Shown here piece after piece: positions 1 through 9,379 of a DNA stretch of 64,000 nt; the stretch's first letter is position 1; every line of letters begins with the position of its first letter. A program made the translations under genes and the position numbers. The notes under the pieces are model-generated. The model did no database searches and had not been told where the DNA came from. It saw only the letters and a program-made list of their open reading frames with translations. This DNA comes from an uncultured archaeon (GTDB lineage: Archaea > Thermoproteota > Nitrososphaeria_A > Caldarchaeales > Wolframiiraptoraceae): the NCBI GenBank assembly GCA_938083505.1, contig CALKCF010000001.1, positions 44,539-108,538 on the forward strand, given 5' to 3'.

Positions 1-317
1 AGACAGAGAAACCCGTGAACATAAACGATGCAAAAAAGGTGTTAGCAGAATTCAAAGGTCTTCCACAGGAGCAGGCTCTCCCTACAGCTCCTGATAAACC
101 GATAATTGTCATGGAAGAGGAAGATAGGCCGCAACCAAGGCTTGACATATATGCTGGAAGTGTTCCGGGAATGAGTGCGGTCGTTGGGAGAGTAAGGTCT
201 GCAAAAGACGAGAGAGCTCTGAAGTTCTTTGTTCTTAGCCATAATACGATAAGAGGTGCTGCCGGCATAGCAATACTGACAGCTGAGTTGCTACACGTAT
301 CCGGGAGGATAGAGTAA
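1..317 (+). CDS. asd: Aspartate-semialdehyde dehydrogenase, 3' part (gene begins before the window)
   Basis: C-terminal ASADH motifs DRPQPRLD, VVGRVR and HNTIRGAAG; directly upstream of the ASA-consuming aroA'. Confidence 0.93.
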   Translation, partial: TEKPVNINDAKKVLAEFKGLPQEQALPTAPDKPIIVMEEEDRPQPRLDIYAGSVPGMSAVVGRVRSAKDERALKFFVLSHNTIRGAAGIAILTAELLHVSGRIE

Positions 318-319
318 AC

Positions 320-1117
320 ATGGTTTTCGGAAAGCAGGTCAGGTTGAGTAGAATAACAGAAAAAGGAAAGATGCTTTGCATACCGATGGACCACGGTGTT
401 ACTATAGGGCCGGTCAAAGGCTTAGACAAGATATTTGATATAATAGAAAAGATTAGCTTTGGAGGAGCCACGGCCGTTTTGACACAAAAAGGTATACTGA
501 GGATGATGCCCAAGCCCTTGAACGTTGGCACTATAATGCATGTCTCTGCAAGTACGTCATTAGGACCATCACCTAACTTCAAAGTGAGAGTTTCGAGTGT
601 GGAAGAAGCCCTAAGGCTCGGAGCAGATGCTGTTTCCGTTCACGTTAATATAGGATGTAGTGATGAGCCGAAGATGCTGAGAAAGCTTGGAATGCTTGCT
701 GATGAGTGCGACGAATGGCAAGTACCGTTCATAGCGATGATGTATCCGAGGGGCGAGAACATAAAGAATCCAAACGACCCTGAGATCGTAGCACATGTTG
801 CAAGGATAGGTGCTGAGCTTGGAGCTGACATCGTAAAGACGCCCTACACAGGCACTCTGGAGACATTTAGGAAGGTTGTGGATGGTTGCCCAGTTCCCAT
901 AGTCATAGCCGGTGGACCGAAAGCAGAGAGCGACCTAGAAGTTTTGAAGATGGTAAGGGAAGCTATGGACGCCGGCGCTATCGGCGCAGCAATAGGCAGG
1001 AACGTTTTTCAACATGATAATCCGTTTGCGATAACCAAAGCGCTCAGGGCCATAATAATTGAGGATTACACACTCAATGAGGCGCTGGAGGTGCTTAAGG
1101 ACGCATCTACCAAGTAA
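320..1117 (+). CDS. aroA': 2-amino-3,7-dideoxy-D-threo-hept-6-ulosonate (ADH) synthase, class I aldolase
   Basis: PMDHG, MMYPRG, GADIVKT (Schiff-base Lys), AGGPK and GRNVFQ; adjacent to DHQ synthase II. Confidence 0.9.
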   Translation: MVFGKQVRLSRITEKGKMLCIPMDHGVTIGPVKGLDKIFDIIEKISFGGATAVLTQKGILRMMPKPLNVGTIMHVSASTSLGPSPNFKVRVSSVEEALRLGADAVSVHVNIGCSDEPKMLRKLGMLADECDEWQVPFIAMMYPRGENIKNPNDPEIVAHVARIGAELGADIVKTPYTGTLETFRKVVDGCPVPIVIAGGPKAESDLEVLKMVREAMDAGAIGAAIGRNVFQHDNPFAITKALRAIIIEDYTLNEALEVLKDASTK

Positions 1118-2159
1118 AAAGGAGTTTTGCATAGATTTAAGAGACTGGAACGACGAAATCTTTAGAGAAGCTTTCTCGAGAGGGATTACTACATATTATT
1201 GTGATCCTACCAACATTCCACAAGAGCTTAGACAAAAGCTGACGATATACTCGGATTTGTCGACCGGAGATGTCATTGTTATACCTCTCGGTAAAGAGGT
1301 ACCGCAGGTGAGAAGGTTTGCGGTGTATGCTGTCGTGCTAAATTATAGCGATGTAGAGAAGTTAATCTCCGCGGTAAAGCTTGGCGCCGAGGCTTTGATA
1401 GTTGATGCTAAAGATTGGAAGATAATACCGTTAGAAAACATAATCGCATACCTGCAAAAAACATCCACGAAGCTTATGGCGAAGGTCGATAGCTTAGAGG
1501 AGATCGAAACTATGTACGGCATCTTGGAGAGAGGGGTTGATGTTGTCTTGTTTAAACCAAAGAGCAAAGAGGATGTTAGCAGAATATTTGAGGCGATCAG
1601 CTACATCGTAAGTGTTCAGCTAACTTCGGTGGAAGTTACAGAAGTCAAGGATGTAGGGATGGGGGATAGGGCATGTATCGATACGATATCTATTTTATCG
1701 ATAGGGGAGGGCATGCTCGTTGGAAGTAAAGCAAGTTTTCTATTCCTCATTCACAGTGAATCGTTAGGTTCTTCGTTCACGGAACCAAGACCCTTCAGGG
1801 TAAATGCAGGTGCGATACATAGTTATGTTTTAACACCTACTGGTGGAACTAAGTACTTATCAGAGATAAAGGCAGGTGATAGAGTCCTGATAATTAACAT
1901 GCAAGGCTCGGCAAGACCCGCCACAGTCGGCAGGGTTAAGATAGAGAGGAGGCCGATGAGACTTATCAGGGCTGAGGCTAACGGTGAAGAGGGTACTGTT
2001 GTTTTGCAAAACGCTGAGACCATAAGGCTTATAGGACCAGACGGTAAGCCCGTCCCGGTAACTGAAGTTAAACCTGGTGATAAAGTGTTAGCGTACATAA
2101 GCAGAGAGAAGGCTAGGCATTTCGGAGTGGCGATTGACGAATTCATAGTGGAGAAATAA
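1059..2159 (+). CDS. aroB': 3-dehydroquinate synthase II (true start probably 1077-1101)
   Basis: WKIIPLENIIA, GDRACIDT, RPFRVNAGAIHSY, GRVKIERRP, LQNAETIRL and ARHFG..IDEFIVEK. Confidence 0.93.
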   Translation: MRITHSMRRWRCLRTHLPSKKEFCIDLRDWNDEIFREAFSRGITTYYCDPTNIPQELRQKLTIYSDLSTGDVIVIPLGKEVPQVRRFAVYAVVLNYSDVEKLISAVKLGAEALIVDAKDWKIIPLENIIAYLQKTSTKLMAKVDSLEEIETMYGILERGVDVVLFKPKSKEDVSRIFEAISYIVSVQLTSVEVTEVKDVGMGDRACIDTISILSIGEGMLVGSKASFLFLIHSESLGSSFTEPRPFRVNAGAIHSYVLTPTGGTKYLSEIKAGDRVLIINMQGSARPATVGRVKIERRPMRLIRAEANGEEGTVVLQNAETIRLIGPDGKPVPVTEVKPGDKVLAYISREKARHFGVAIDEFIVEK

Positions 2160-2190
2160 TTCTCGATTATTCATTGAAACTGGTGAAACG

Positions 2191-2898
2191 ATGTTTACGA
2201 GAGCAAAACTGTTCAAATTATGTGTATCGACATTTGGAAGAGACATACACTCTTTGAGAGATTCTGTAGTTAAGGCAATAAGCGTTGGCGCAGACCTCGT
2301 AGAGGTTAGGCTTGATTATTTAGATGAATTGAACGTTAATGTTGTAAGCTCAACGCTAAAGCCTTACATGAATAGACTCGTGTTAACGCTCAGAGCGCAT
2401 TATGAGAATGGACTATTTGAAGGTGATGAAAAGGAAAGAGCAGAAATCCTCAAACAATTGGGTCGGGAAGGTCCAGCGTATGTCGATATAGAGCTTCGTT
2501 CTCCTATGTTTCAGGACTTATCAAAAGAGTTGATGAAGGCAGGTACCGCTTTAATAGTTTCATGGCATGACTTTGAGAAGACACTAGATACCGACACACT
2601 CAGAAGAATAGCCAATATGGCCATGATTGGTGGAAGTATTGCGAAAGTTGTAACTATGGCGAGATCTTTCAGCGATAACCTTAAGGTCCTCTCGCTATAC
2701 CATACAGGCGATAAACACAGACTTGTAGCCTTCTGTATGGGAACAGAAGGTGTCTTATCTCGGTTTCTCTCGGTAATGTTGGGAGCACCCTTCATGTATG
2801 TCTCATTGCCTGGGGAGCCAACAGCACCCGGCCAACCCAGCATCACCGAAGCAAAGGAGATCTTCCGCATGCTTTCGTTAAGCTGTTGTGGAGAGTGA
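2191..2898 (+). CDS. aroD: 3-dehydroquinate dehydratase type I
   Basis: DLVEVRLD, VSWHDFEKT, AKVV, FCMG..G..SR and TAPGQ; operon context. Confidence 0.92.
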   Translation: MFTRAKLFKLCVSTFGRDIHSLRDSVVKAISVGADLVEVRLDYLDELNVNVVSSTLKPYMNRLVLTLRAHYENGLFEGDEKERAEILKQLGREGPAYVDIELRSPMFQDLSKELMKAGTALIVSWHDFEKTLDTDTLRRIANMAMIGGSIAKVVTMARSFSDNLKVLSLYHTGDKHRLVAFCMGTEGVLSRFLSVMLGAPFMYVSLPGEPTAPGQPSITEAKEIFRMLSLSCCGE

Positions 2899-3777
2899 TT
2901 GGGCATATCACCACAAACACGCTTCGGTAACAAAAGACTCATAGGCCTCATTGGACAACCGGTTAAGCATTCGATATCACCGGATATTCACAATGCTGCT
3001 TTTAACTATATGAACCTCGATTACTTTTACATCGCCTTTGATGTGAAGGAAAGGGCCTTAGGACTTGCTGTTAAGGGTCTTAAGGCCCTAGGAGCTTTAG
3101 GTTTTAATGTAACGATACCATATAAGCAGAAGGTCGTGAAGTTCCTGGATAAACTTGTAGACGATGCTAAAGTCCTAAAGACCGTAAATACTGTGGTGAT
3201 CGAAAAAGATAGAATGATTGGGTACAATACAGATGTTTTAGGTATAATGAATACCCTGGTGCCTTACAAAGACGTAATAAGTGGTTGTGAAGCATTGATT
3301 CTTGGTGCAGGTGGAGGCGCTTCTGCCGCCGCCTTAGCCTTGGCCAGATTTGGTTGTAATCACATAACGTTTGCTAACCGAACACTTTCAAGGGCCCGTA
3401 GGCTTGCGAACTTCCTACGTCAGAAGATTAAAATTTCTGCAGAGGGCATAGGTCTTTCGGCCAGCAACTTATCTGCAATTGCCAAAACTTGTGGTATTGT
3501 AATCAACGCGACACCCATCGGTATGTGGCCGAATAACAATAATTCATTGCTTAAAAAGGAACAGATACGAAGTGGCTCTATAATAATGGATATGGTATAC
3601 AATCCTTCTGAAACAGCACTCCTTAGAGAAGCAAAGCTTGCAGGTGCTATATGCGTCTCCGGACTTGACATGTTGGTATTTCAGGCTGCAGAGTCCTTTA
3701 AATTATGGACATCCTTAGAGCCGCCGATAGAGGTTATGAAGGAGGTTGCCTTAGAGGCAATAGGTCGTTTTGTATGA
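2899..3777 (+). CDS. aroE: Shikimate dehydrogenase
   Basis: HSISP, NVTIPYK, VNT, NTD, GAGG, NATPIGM, DMVYNP and GLDMLVFQA. Confidence 0.95.
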   Translation: MGISPQTRFGNKRLIGLIGQPVKHSISPDIHNAAFNYMNLDYFYIAFDVKERALGLAVKGLKALGALGFNVTIPYKQKVVKFLDKLVDDAKVLKTVNTVVIEKDRMIGYNTDVLGIMNTLVPYKDVISGCEALILGAGGGASAAALALARFGCNHITFANRTLSRARRLANFLRQKIKISAEGIGLSASNLSAIAKTCGIVINATPIGMWPNNNNSLLKKEQIRSGSIIMDMVYNPSETALLREAKLAGAICVSGLDMLVFQAAESFKLWTSLEPPIEVMKEVALEAIGRFV

Positions 3778-4652
3778 AGGCGAGCGCTAGGGCGCACGGC
3801 GCTATAACGATCGTTAACGCCATATCGATTGGTAAAGGGGCGGCCATGGGTATCGATCTTTATACAGAGGTCACTGTGGAGATAGGTGGTAAAGACATAG
3901 ATGTGATGATAAAGGAAAACCCGGATGAGGATACAACACTAGCGAAGGTGGCGGTAAGCAAAGTCTTGAAGTTGGCACATATGAACTGCGGAGCTTATGT
4001 CGAAATCAGCTCAAACATACCAATCGGCAAGGGATTGAAGAGTTCCAGCGCAGCCGCCAATGCTATAGTTCTGGCTACGGCAAGGGCTGCGGATTTGAAC
4101 TTGAATGATATTGAGATGTTAAATATAGCCGTTGACGCGGCAATAGAAGCTGGCGTTACCATAACCGGTGCATATGACGATGCGTGTGCTAGCTATTATG
4201 GCGGCATAGTCATCACAGATAATTTGAAGAGGCAGATTGTGAGAAAGGATAAAGCTCCAGAAGACCTTTTTGTTATTTTGCTCGTCCCAGAATCAAAGAG
4301 TTATACTAAATTTTTTGATAAGAACGTACTTAAATCTATTGCATCATTTATTGAGGATGTATATAGCATGACTCTGAACGGGGAATATTGGAAAGCCCTG
4401 ACACTTAACGGCATACTTCATTCGGTGGTGTTAAATTACGACGCGAAAAAAGCTATAAACGCTATGAAAGCAGGAGCTTTAGCTGCCGGTCTATCTGGAA
4501 CCGGGCCCGCCATTGCCGCTGTATGTAGAAAAGATGCTTTGGACAACGTTGTCAATACATTAAGCGAAAAGAGATGTAAGCTCATAATAGCTAAACCGAA
4601 TAACAAAAAAGCTTACTCATGGAGAGGTGGTCGTGTTGCAGGTTTCGATTAA
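3774..4652 (+). CDS. aroK: Archaeal shikimate kinase (GHMP family); start moved to ATG 3774
   Basis: GAITIVNAI, PIGKGLKSSSA, TGAYDDA and GLSGTGP. Confidence 0.92.
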   Translation: MKASARAHGAITIVNAISIGKGAAMGIDLYTEVTVEIGGKDIDVMIKENPDEDTTLAKVAVSKVLKLAHMNCGAYVEISSNIPIGKGLKSSSAAANAIVLATARAADLNLNDIEMLNIAVDAAIEAGVTITGAYDDACASYYGGIVITDNLKRQIVRKDKAPEDLFVILLVPESKSYTKFFDKNVLKSIASFIEDVYSMTLNGEYWKALTLNGILHSVVLNYDAKKAINAMKAGALAAGLSGTGPAIAAVCRKDALDNVVNTLSEKRCKLIIAKPNNKKAYSWRGGRVAGFD

Positions 4653-5925
4653 ACCCTCAGTGATATATGGTAGGGTACAAGCACCTCCCAGCAAAAGCTA
4701 CAGCCATAGGGCTATAATAGCTGCCTCTATGTCAGATGGCGAATGTGTTGTAGAAAACGTTTCAAAATCCGATGATGTTCTTGCCACAATTAGTGCGTGT
4801 AAAAAATTTGGCACCTCAATAGTCGAAGAAGGTGATAAGCTCATCATCGACGGCCTCTCAACACCTAAGACACCAGAGGATGTTGTGAACGTTCAGAACT
4901 CGGGAACGACATTGAGGATAATGACTGGTATAAGTTGCTTAGTTCAAGACGGGTACGTAATACTCACGGGCGATGAGAGTATAAGAAGAAGGCCAATGCA
5001 GCCACTCCTTGACGCCCTTAACATGCTTGGAGGGGAGTGCTGGTCTACAAGGCTTAATGGTTGCGCTCCCATTGTCGTTAAAGGTGGTGGATTAAAGGGT
5101 GGGAATGCCTGGATGAATGGTAAAGTATCTTCCCAGTTCGTATCATCCATACTGTTCTCATCACCGAAGGCTACAAGCGATACGACGCTCACGATACAAG
5201 GAGATCTCGTATCAAAACCTTACGTTGACGCCACCATACATGTACTAGAACAGTTCAACATTCATATAGAAAGGGAAGGATACAAAGTATTTCGCATTGC
5301 TTCACAGCAGAATTTTAAGCCCACGCATTTTGTAGTGCCCGGAGATTTTGGGCTTGCCTCCTTCATGATGGCTGCAGCGCTTATTACAGATGGTTCAGTA
5401 AATGTTGAAGGGCTTAATCAAGAGTTACCGCAAGCCGATGCTGCCATAGTTGATATACTTATCAAGATGGGGGCCAGCGTTAAGTTGGATTACAGTTCTA
5501 GGCGTGTAACAGTTAGTGGAGGTGGAAGGCTTAAGGGCGGTAGCTTTAACTTATCCGATTCTCCAGACCTTTTGCCAGTCTTAGCAGTCCTAGCTACCAA
5601 ATGTGAAGGGACTGTTGAAATAACAGGTGTGGAACATGCAAGGTTTAAGGAAAGCGATAGGGTTAGTGCCCTTGCACATGCTCTTTCTATGATAGGAATG
5701 AATGTAAAAGAGATGCCGGAGGGATTAAGCATAACGCAAGGTAAATTGGTTAAGCATGCAGTACTCGACTCAAAAGGTGACCATAGACTCTTCATGGCCT
5801 ATTGTCTTTTAGGGCTCATCCTAGAAGAGGGGTGCACTATAGCGGGAGCAGAGTGCATGAACGTATCTTATCCGAATTTTCTTAGAGACCTTGCTAGTTT
5901 AGGTGCAAAAATTGAGCTCATATAA
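4627..5925 (+). CDS. aroA: EPSP synthase
   Basis: SKSYSHR, NSGTTLR, SSQFVS, KESDR, DHRL and SYPNF. Confidence 0.96.
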   Translation: MVVLQVSIKPSVIYGRVQAPPSKSYSHRAIIAASMSDGECVVENVSKSDDVLATISACKKFGTSIVEEGDKLIIDGLSTPKTPEDVVNVQNSGTTLRIMTGISCLVQDGYVILTGDESIRRRPMQPLLDALNMLGGECWSTRLNGCAPIVVKGGGLKGGNAWMNGKVSSQFVSSILFSSPKATSDTTLTIQGDLVSKPYVDATIHVLEQFNIHIEREGYKVFRIASQQNFKPTHFVVPGDFGLASFMMAAALITDGSVNVEGLNQELPQADAAIVDILIKMGASVKLDYSSRRVTVSGGGRLKGGSFNLSDSPDLLPVLAVLATKCEGTVEITGVEHARFKESDRVSALAHALSMIGMNVKEMPEGLSITQGKLVKHAVLDSKGDHRLFMAYCLLGLILEEGCTIAGAECMNVSYPNFLRDLASLGAKIELI

Positions 5926-5953
5926 CTATACTAAGTTTAAATTTAAATAATAG

Positions 5954-5967
5954 TTAGGCTAACCTAA
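5954..5967. promoter_or_regulatory. Putative DtxR/MntR-type operator TTAGG-ctaa-CCTAA upstream of feoA
   Basis: Palindrome just downstream of an AT-rich TATA-like stretch; similar boxes precede the DtxR gene at 54034. Confidence 0.7.
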
Positions 5968-5991
5968 TTCTGACAAACTCTATGGAAGGTA

Positions 5992-6300
5992 ATGATGCCC
6001 GAACGTTGTGGATGTCATAGGCAGAGGCATATGTATAGACACGGTCAACGACTCGGAGATTTAGTCTCTTTGCTAGAGCTTAAAAACGGTCAGGAAGGCG
6101 TAGTGGTTATTCTAGAAGGAGATGAAAAAGTCATTCATAGACTTTCAGAGTTAGGCATAGTACCCAACACTATCATAAAGGTTATAAACTCGATACCTTT
6201 TGGTGGACCTGTTGAAATCCTTGTAAGAGGGAGCAAACTCATTATCGGAAGGGATATTGCCAAAGGAGTATTGGTACGTGTAGAAGAGTGCGAAAAATGA
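5992..6300 (+). CDS. feoA: Ferrous iron transport protein A
   Basis: RLSELGIVP..PFGGP...RGS motif; upstream of feoB. Confidence 0.92.
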   Translation: MMPERCGCHRQRHMYRHGQRLGDLVSLLELKNGQEGVVVILEGDEKVIHRLSELGIVPNTIIKVINSIPFGGPVEILVRGSKLIIGRDIAKGVLVRVEECEK

Positions 6301-8246
6301 GTGCCTGCTGTACGCCCTCAAGTACAAAAAAGAATAAAAGAGCAGATTTTGTTGTCGCACTGGCGGGTAATGCAAACGTCGGTAAGAGCACACTCTTCAA
6401 TCAGCTAACGGGATTGCATCAACACGTGGGTAATTGGCCAGGTAAGACTGTCGAAAGACGTGAGGGGAGCCTAGTAGTCGACGGTTACACAATAGATGTT
6501 GTAGATCTACCTGGCATATACTCTTTATCAACCTTCTCGATAGAGGAGCTCATATCACGTGAGTACATAGTATTCGAAAGACCTGATGTTGTAATAAATG
6601 TCGTGGATGCCTCTGTGTTAGAGAGAAATCTGTATTTTACACTCCAACTTCTAGAGTTGCAGGTACCTATTGTTATTGCTCTAAACATGGTTGACTTAGC
6701 CGGAGATAAAGGTCTGAGCATAGACGATAAAAAGCTGAGCGAAGAACTTGGCGTACCTGTCGTTCCTACAGTTGCGAACAAAGGCATAGGTGTATACGAG
6801 TTAATTCGACAGGTTATCAATTTAGCACAACGTAAGATAAAGTTAAGACCCATACGAATTACGTACAGTAAGGACGTCGAAGAAAGGTTAGAAAAGTTGA
6901 CAGAACTTCTTAAGAATGAAGACGTAAGTTACCCACTCCGTTTTGTTGCTATAAAACTCCTCGAAGGGGATGAAGACATTAAAAGAAGGGTTAGTAAAAA
7001 TATTGTTGAAGTTGCTGAGAAGTTTGCAAAGGAGATCAAGGAAATAAGAGACATACCAGCCCCAATCGTAATAACTTCTGAAAGATATGCAATTGTAAGC
7101 AAAATCATCAAGAAATCCCAGAAAGTTTTAGCATCTCCTAAAATCAGCTTGATGGAGAAAATTGACCAATTACTTACACATAAAGTCCTAGGATATTTGA
7201 TAATGGTGATAGTTATCTTCTCGTCTTTTTACATTATATTCACTTTAGGTGACTATCTTTCTACAATACTTTTGGAAACATTTGATTTGATTAAACCATC
7301 AATAGTCGCAATAATAGGTGAGATGATGTGGGAAGGGTTCTTTGGTGGGTTCATAGCCGGCGTTACACTTTTAATTCCATTTGTTTTTCCATTCTATTTG
7401 CTTCTCTCTGTATTAGAAGATACAGGATACCTTCCAAGGATTGCGTTCCTTCTTGATAATGTCATGCATAAGGTAGGCCTTCATGGAAAAGCCATCATAC
7501 CACTCATCATGGGTTATGGTTGCAATGTTCCCGCATGTTTTGCGTGCAGAATAATGGAAACTCAAAGGGAGCGACTCATATCTGCATTTGCAGTTACGTT
7601 CATTCCTTGCACTGCGCGACTCGTTGTGATATATGCGTTAGTAGGTGTGTTCGTCGGCATAGAGTGGGCATATCTGTTACTGTTAATAAACTTTGTAGTC
7701 GTTATGGGTATGGCGAGACTGGCTTTCAAGGTGTGTCCAGGAGAGTCTATGGGTCTCATAATGGAGGTGCCGCCGTTAAGATTGCCTGCATTAAAAACCG
7801 TATTGCTGCAGACATGGGGTAACATTAAGTCAATAATCTACATCGTTTTTCCTGTCTACATTCTGGGAGGTGGAATATTAGCGACATTGTATTCATTCAA
7901 CTTTTTACAACCAGTAGAAAGTTTGCTAACACCATTAACTGTAGAATGGTTGGGTTTGCCATCATACGCAAGTATTCCATTGCTCTTCGGTGTGGTAAGA
8001 AAAGAAATGGTCATAATCATGCCGGCCATAATTTTTGGAACCATGAATTTTACACATCTATTTACACACATCCAAATGATAACGCTAGCGTTTGTGAGCA
8101 TGTATTACGTGCCTTGCATCTCTACATTCATGATGTTGAAGAGGGAGTTTGGGTGGAAGACAGCTTACTACATCACGATTTCCCAGATCGCATTTGCAAC
8201 GTTCCTCGGAGGTTTATTCTACAGAGCTCTCGAAGTGTTACTTTAA
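6288..8246 (+). CDS. feoB: Ferrous iron transporter B
   Basis: GNANVGKS, GNWPGKT, DLPG, NMVD, GCNVPA and many TM helices. Confidence 0.96.
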   Translation: MRKMSACCTPSSTKKNKRADFVVALAGNANVGKSTLFNQLTGLHQHVGNWPGKTVERREGSLVVDGYTIDVVDLPGIYSLSTFSIEELISREYIVFERPDVVINVVDASVLERNLYFTLQLLELQVPIVIALNMVDLAGDKGLSIDDKKLSEELGVPVVPTVANKGIGVYELIRQVINLAQRKIKLRPIRITYSKDVEERLEKLTELLKNEDVSYPLRFVAIKLLEGDEDIKRRVSKNIVEVAEKFAKEIKEIRDIPAPIVITSERYAIVSKIIKKSQKVLASPKISLMEKIDQLLTHKVLGYLIMVIVIFSSFYIIFTLGDYLSTILLETFDLIKPSIVAIIGEMMWEGFFGGFIAGVTLLIPFVFPFYLLLSVLEDTGYLPRIAFLLDNVMHKVGLHGKAIIPLIMGYGCNVPACFACRIMETQRERLISAFAVTFIPCTARLVVIYALVGVFVGIEWAYLLLLINFVVVMGMARLAFKVCPGESMGLIMEVPPLRLPALKTVLLQTWGNIKSIIYIVFPVYILGGGILATLYSFNFLQPVESLLTPLTVEWLGLPSYASIPLLFGVVRKEMVIIMPAIIFGTMNFTHLFTHIQMITLAFVSMYYVPCISTFMMLKREFGWKTAYYITISQIAFATFLGGLFYRALEVLL

Positions 8247-9379
8247 CCTATAACTAACTTTTCAGGTATCAGTTTCCCTTCCTTGAACCTAGTAGGTAGG
8301 AACGGTCTCATGAGCTCGTCTATTTCTCCGTACAATATGTTCTTAGCCAACAGCTTACCGATTAGAGGCCCCATCATGAAGCCATGACCACTATCACCGT
8401 AGCTCACGTAAAGCCCTTCCGGCCACTCAGGGTCCCTTCCCATTATATGGCTTGAATCTGCAGACATGGAGTAATACCCGCTCCAGCATCTCATGATTCT
8501 GGCTCCTCTTAACGCAGGGAACCTCTTGTATACGGCTTTTGCCCACTTTACCAAGAACTCAAGTGTGTTCTCCAACGGCAGGAGTCCACTCTTTGCTGGA
8601 ATCTCTATACTTCCGAGTATCTCACCTTTAAGTGCTTGACCAATATACGCTGAAGTTCCGAAGTCTATGATCAGAGGTTTAATAAAGTATTTGTAAGACT
8701 CCGTTAGGGCAATCTCCTTCCTTTCGGGTTCCGTTGGTAACTCAATTCCCAAACCTATCAGGAGCTCATCAGTCCAAGCACCTGCAGTCAACAAAACGAC
8801 ATCAGCTTCTATATTGCCTTGAGGTAGTTCAACGCCTATAACTTTGTTGTTTTCTACGAGTACCCTTTTAACGGGAGACTTCTCGAAGAGCCTGGCACCA
8901 AGCTTAGTTGCTGCTTTGTAGTAACCGAACGCTACGTAACTGTGAAAACAGCTTCCGTTCTGCGGACCAAAGAAGCCTTCAACAACGTCATCCGTGTATA
9001 TATACGGATACCTTTCTTTAATTTCTGATGATGAGAGAAACTTTCCAGCTATCCCAAGCCGCTCCCACATTTTGTTCTTTTCACGGAATGCTTTAACTTG
9101 CTCCTCACTAAACAGCAACCAAAGATAGCCACCTGTTGTCACTATAATATTCCAGCCAGTAATCGATGATAGTTTGAGCATAATTTTCTTTGCTTCTAAA
9201 GCAAACCTAGAATTTTCCTCGGTCCAGAAATGAACCCTGAACCTGCTGGCAGACCTTACCGTTGAACCATATGATAGATACTCCTTTTCTAAGATGATTA
9301 TATTCTTTGCTCCAAGCTTTGCTAAGTTATATGCTGAAGAGAGTCCCATAACTCCTGAACCAACTATCACGATTCTCAT
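8243..9379 (-). CDS. FAD-dependent dye-linked proline dehydrogenase / sarcosine oxidase beta-like subunit
   Basis: GSGVMG Rossmann motif, GST.RS, RCWSGYY and SGHGFM; paired with an alpha subunit. Confidence 0.85.
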   Translation of the reverse strand: MRIVIVGSGVMGLSSAYNLAKLGAKNIIILEKEYLSYGSTVRSASRFRVHFWTEENSRFALEAKKIMLKLSSITGWNIIVTTGGYLWLLFSEEQVKAFREKNKMWERLGIAGKFLSSSEIKERYPYIYTDDVVEGFFGPQNGSCFHSYVAFGYYKAATKLGARLFEKSPVKRVLVENNKVIGVELPQGNIEADVVLLTAGAWTDELLIGLGIELPTEPERKEIALTESYKYFIKPLIIDFGTSAYIGQALKGEILGSIEIPAKSGLLPLENTLEFLVKWAKAVYKRFPALRGARIMRCWSGYYSMSADSSHIMGRDPEWPEGLYVSYGDSGHGFMMGPLIGKLLAKNILYGEIDELMRPFLPTRFKEGKLIPEKLVIG

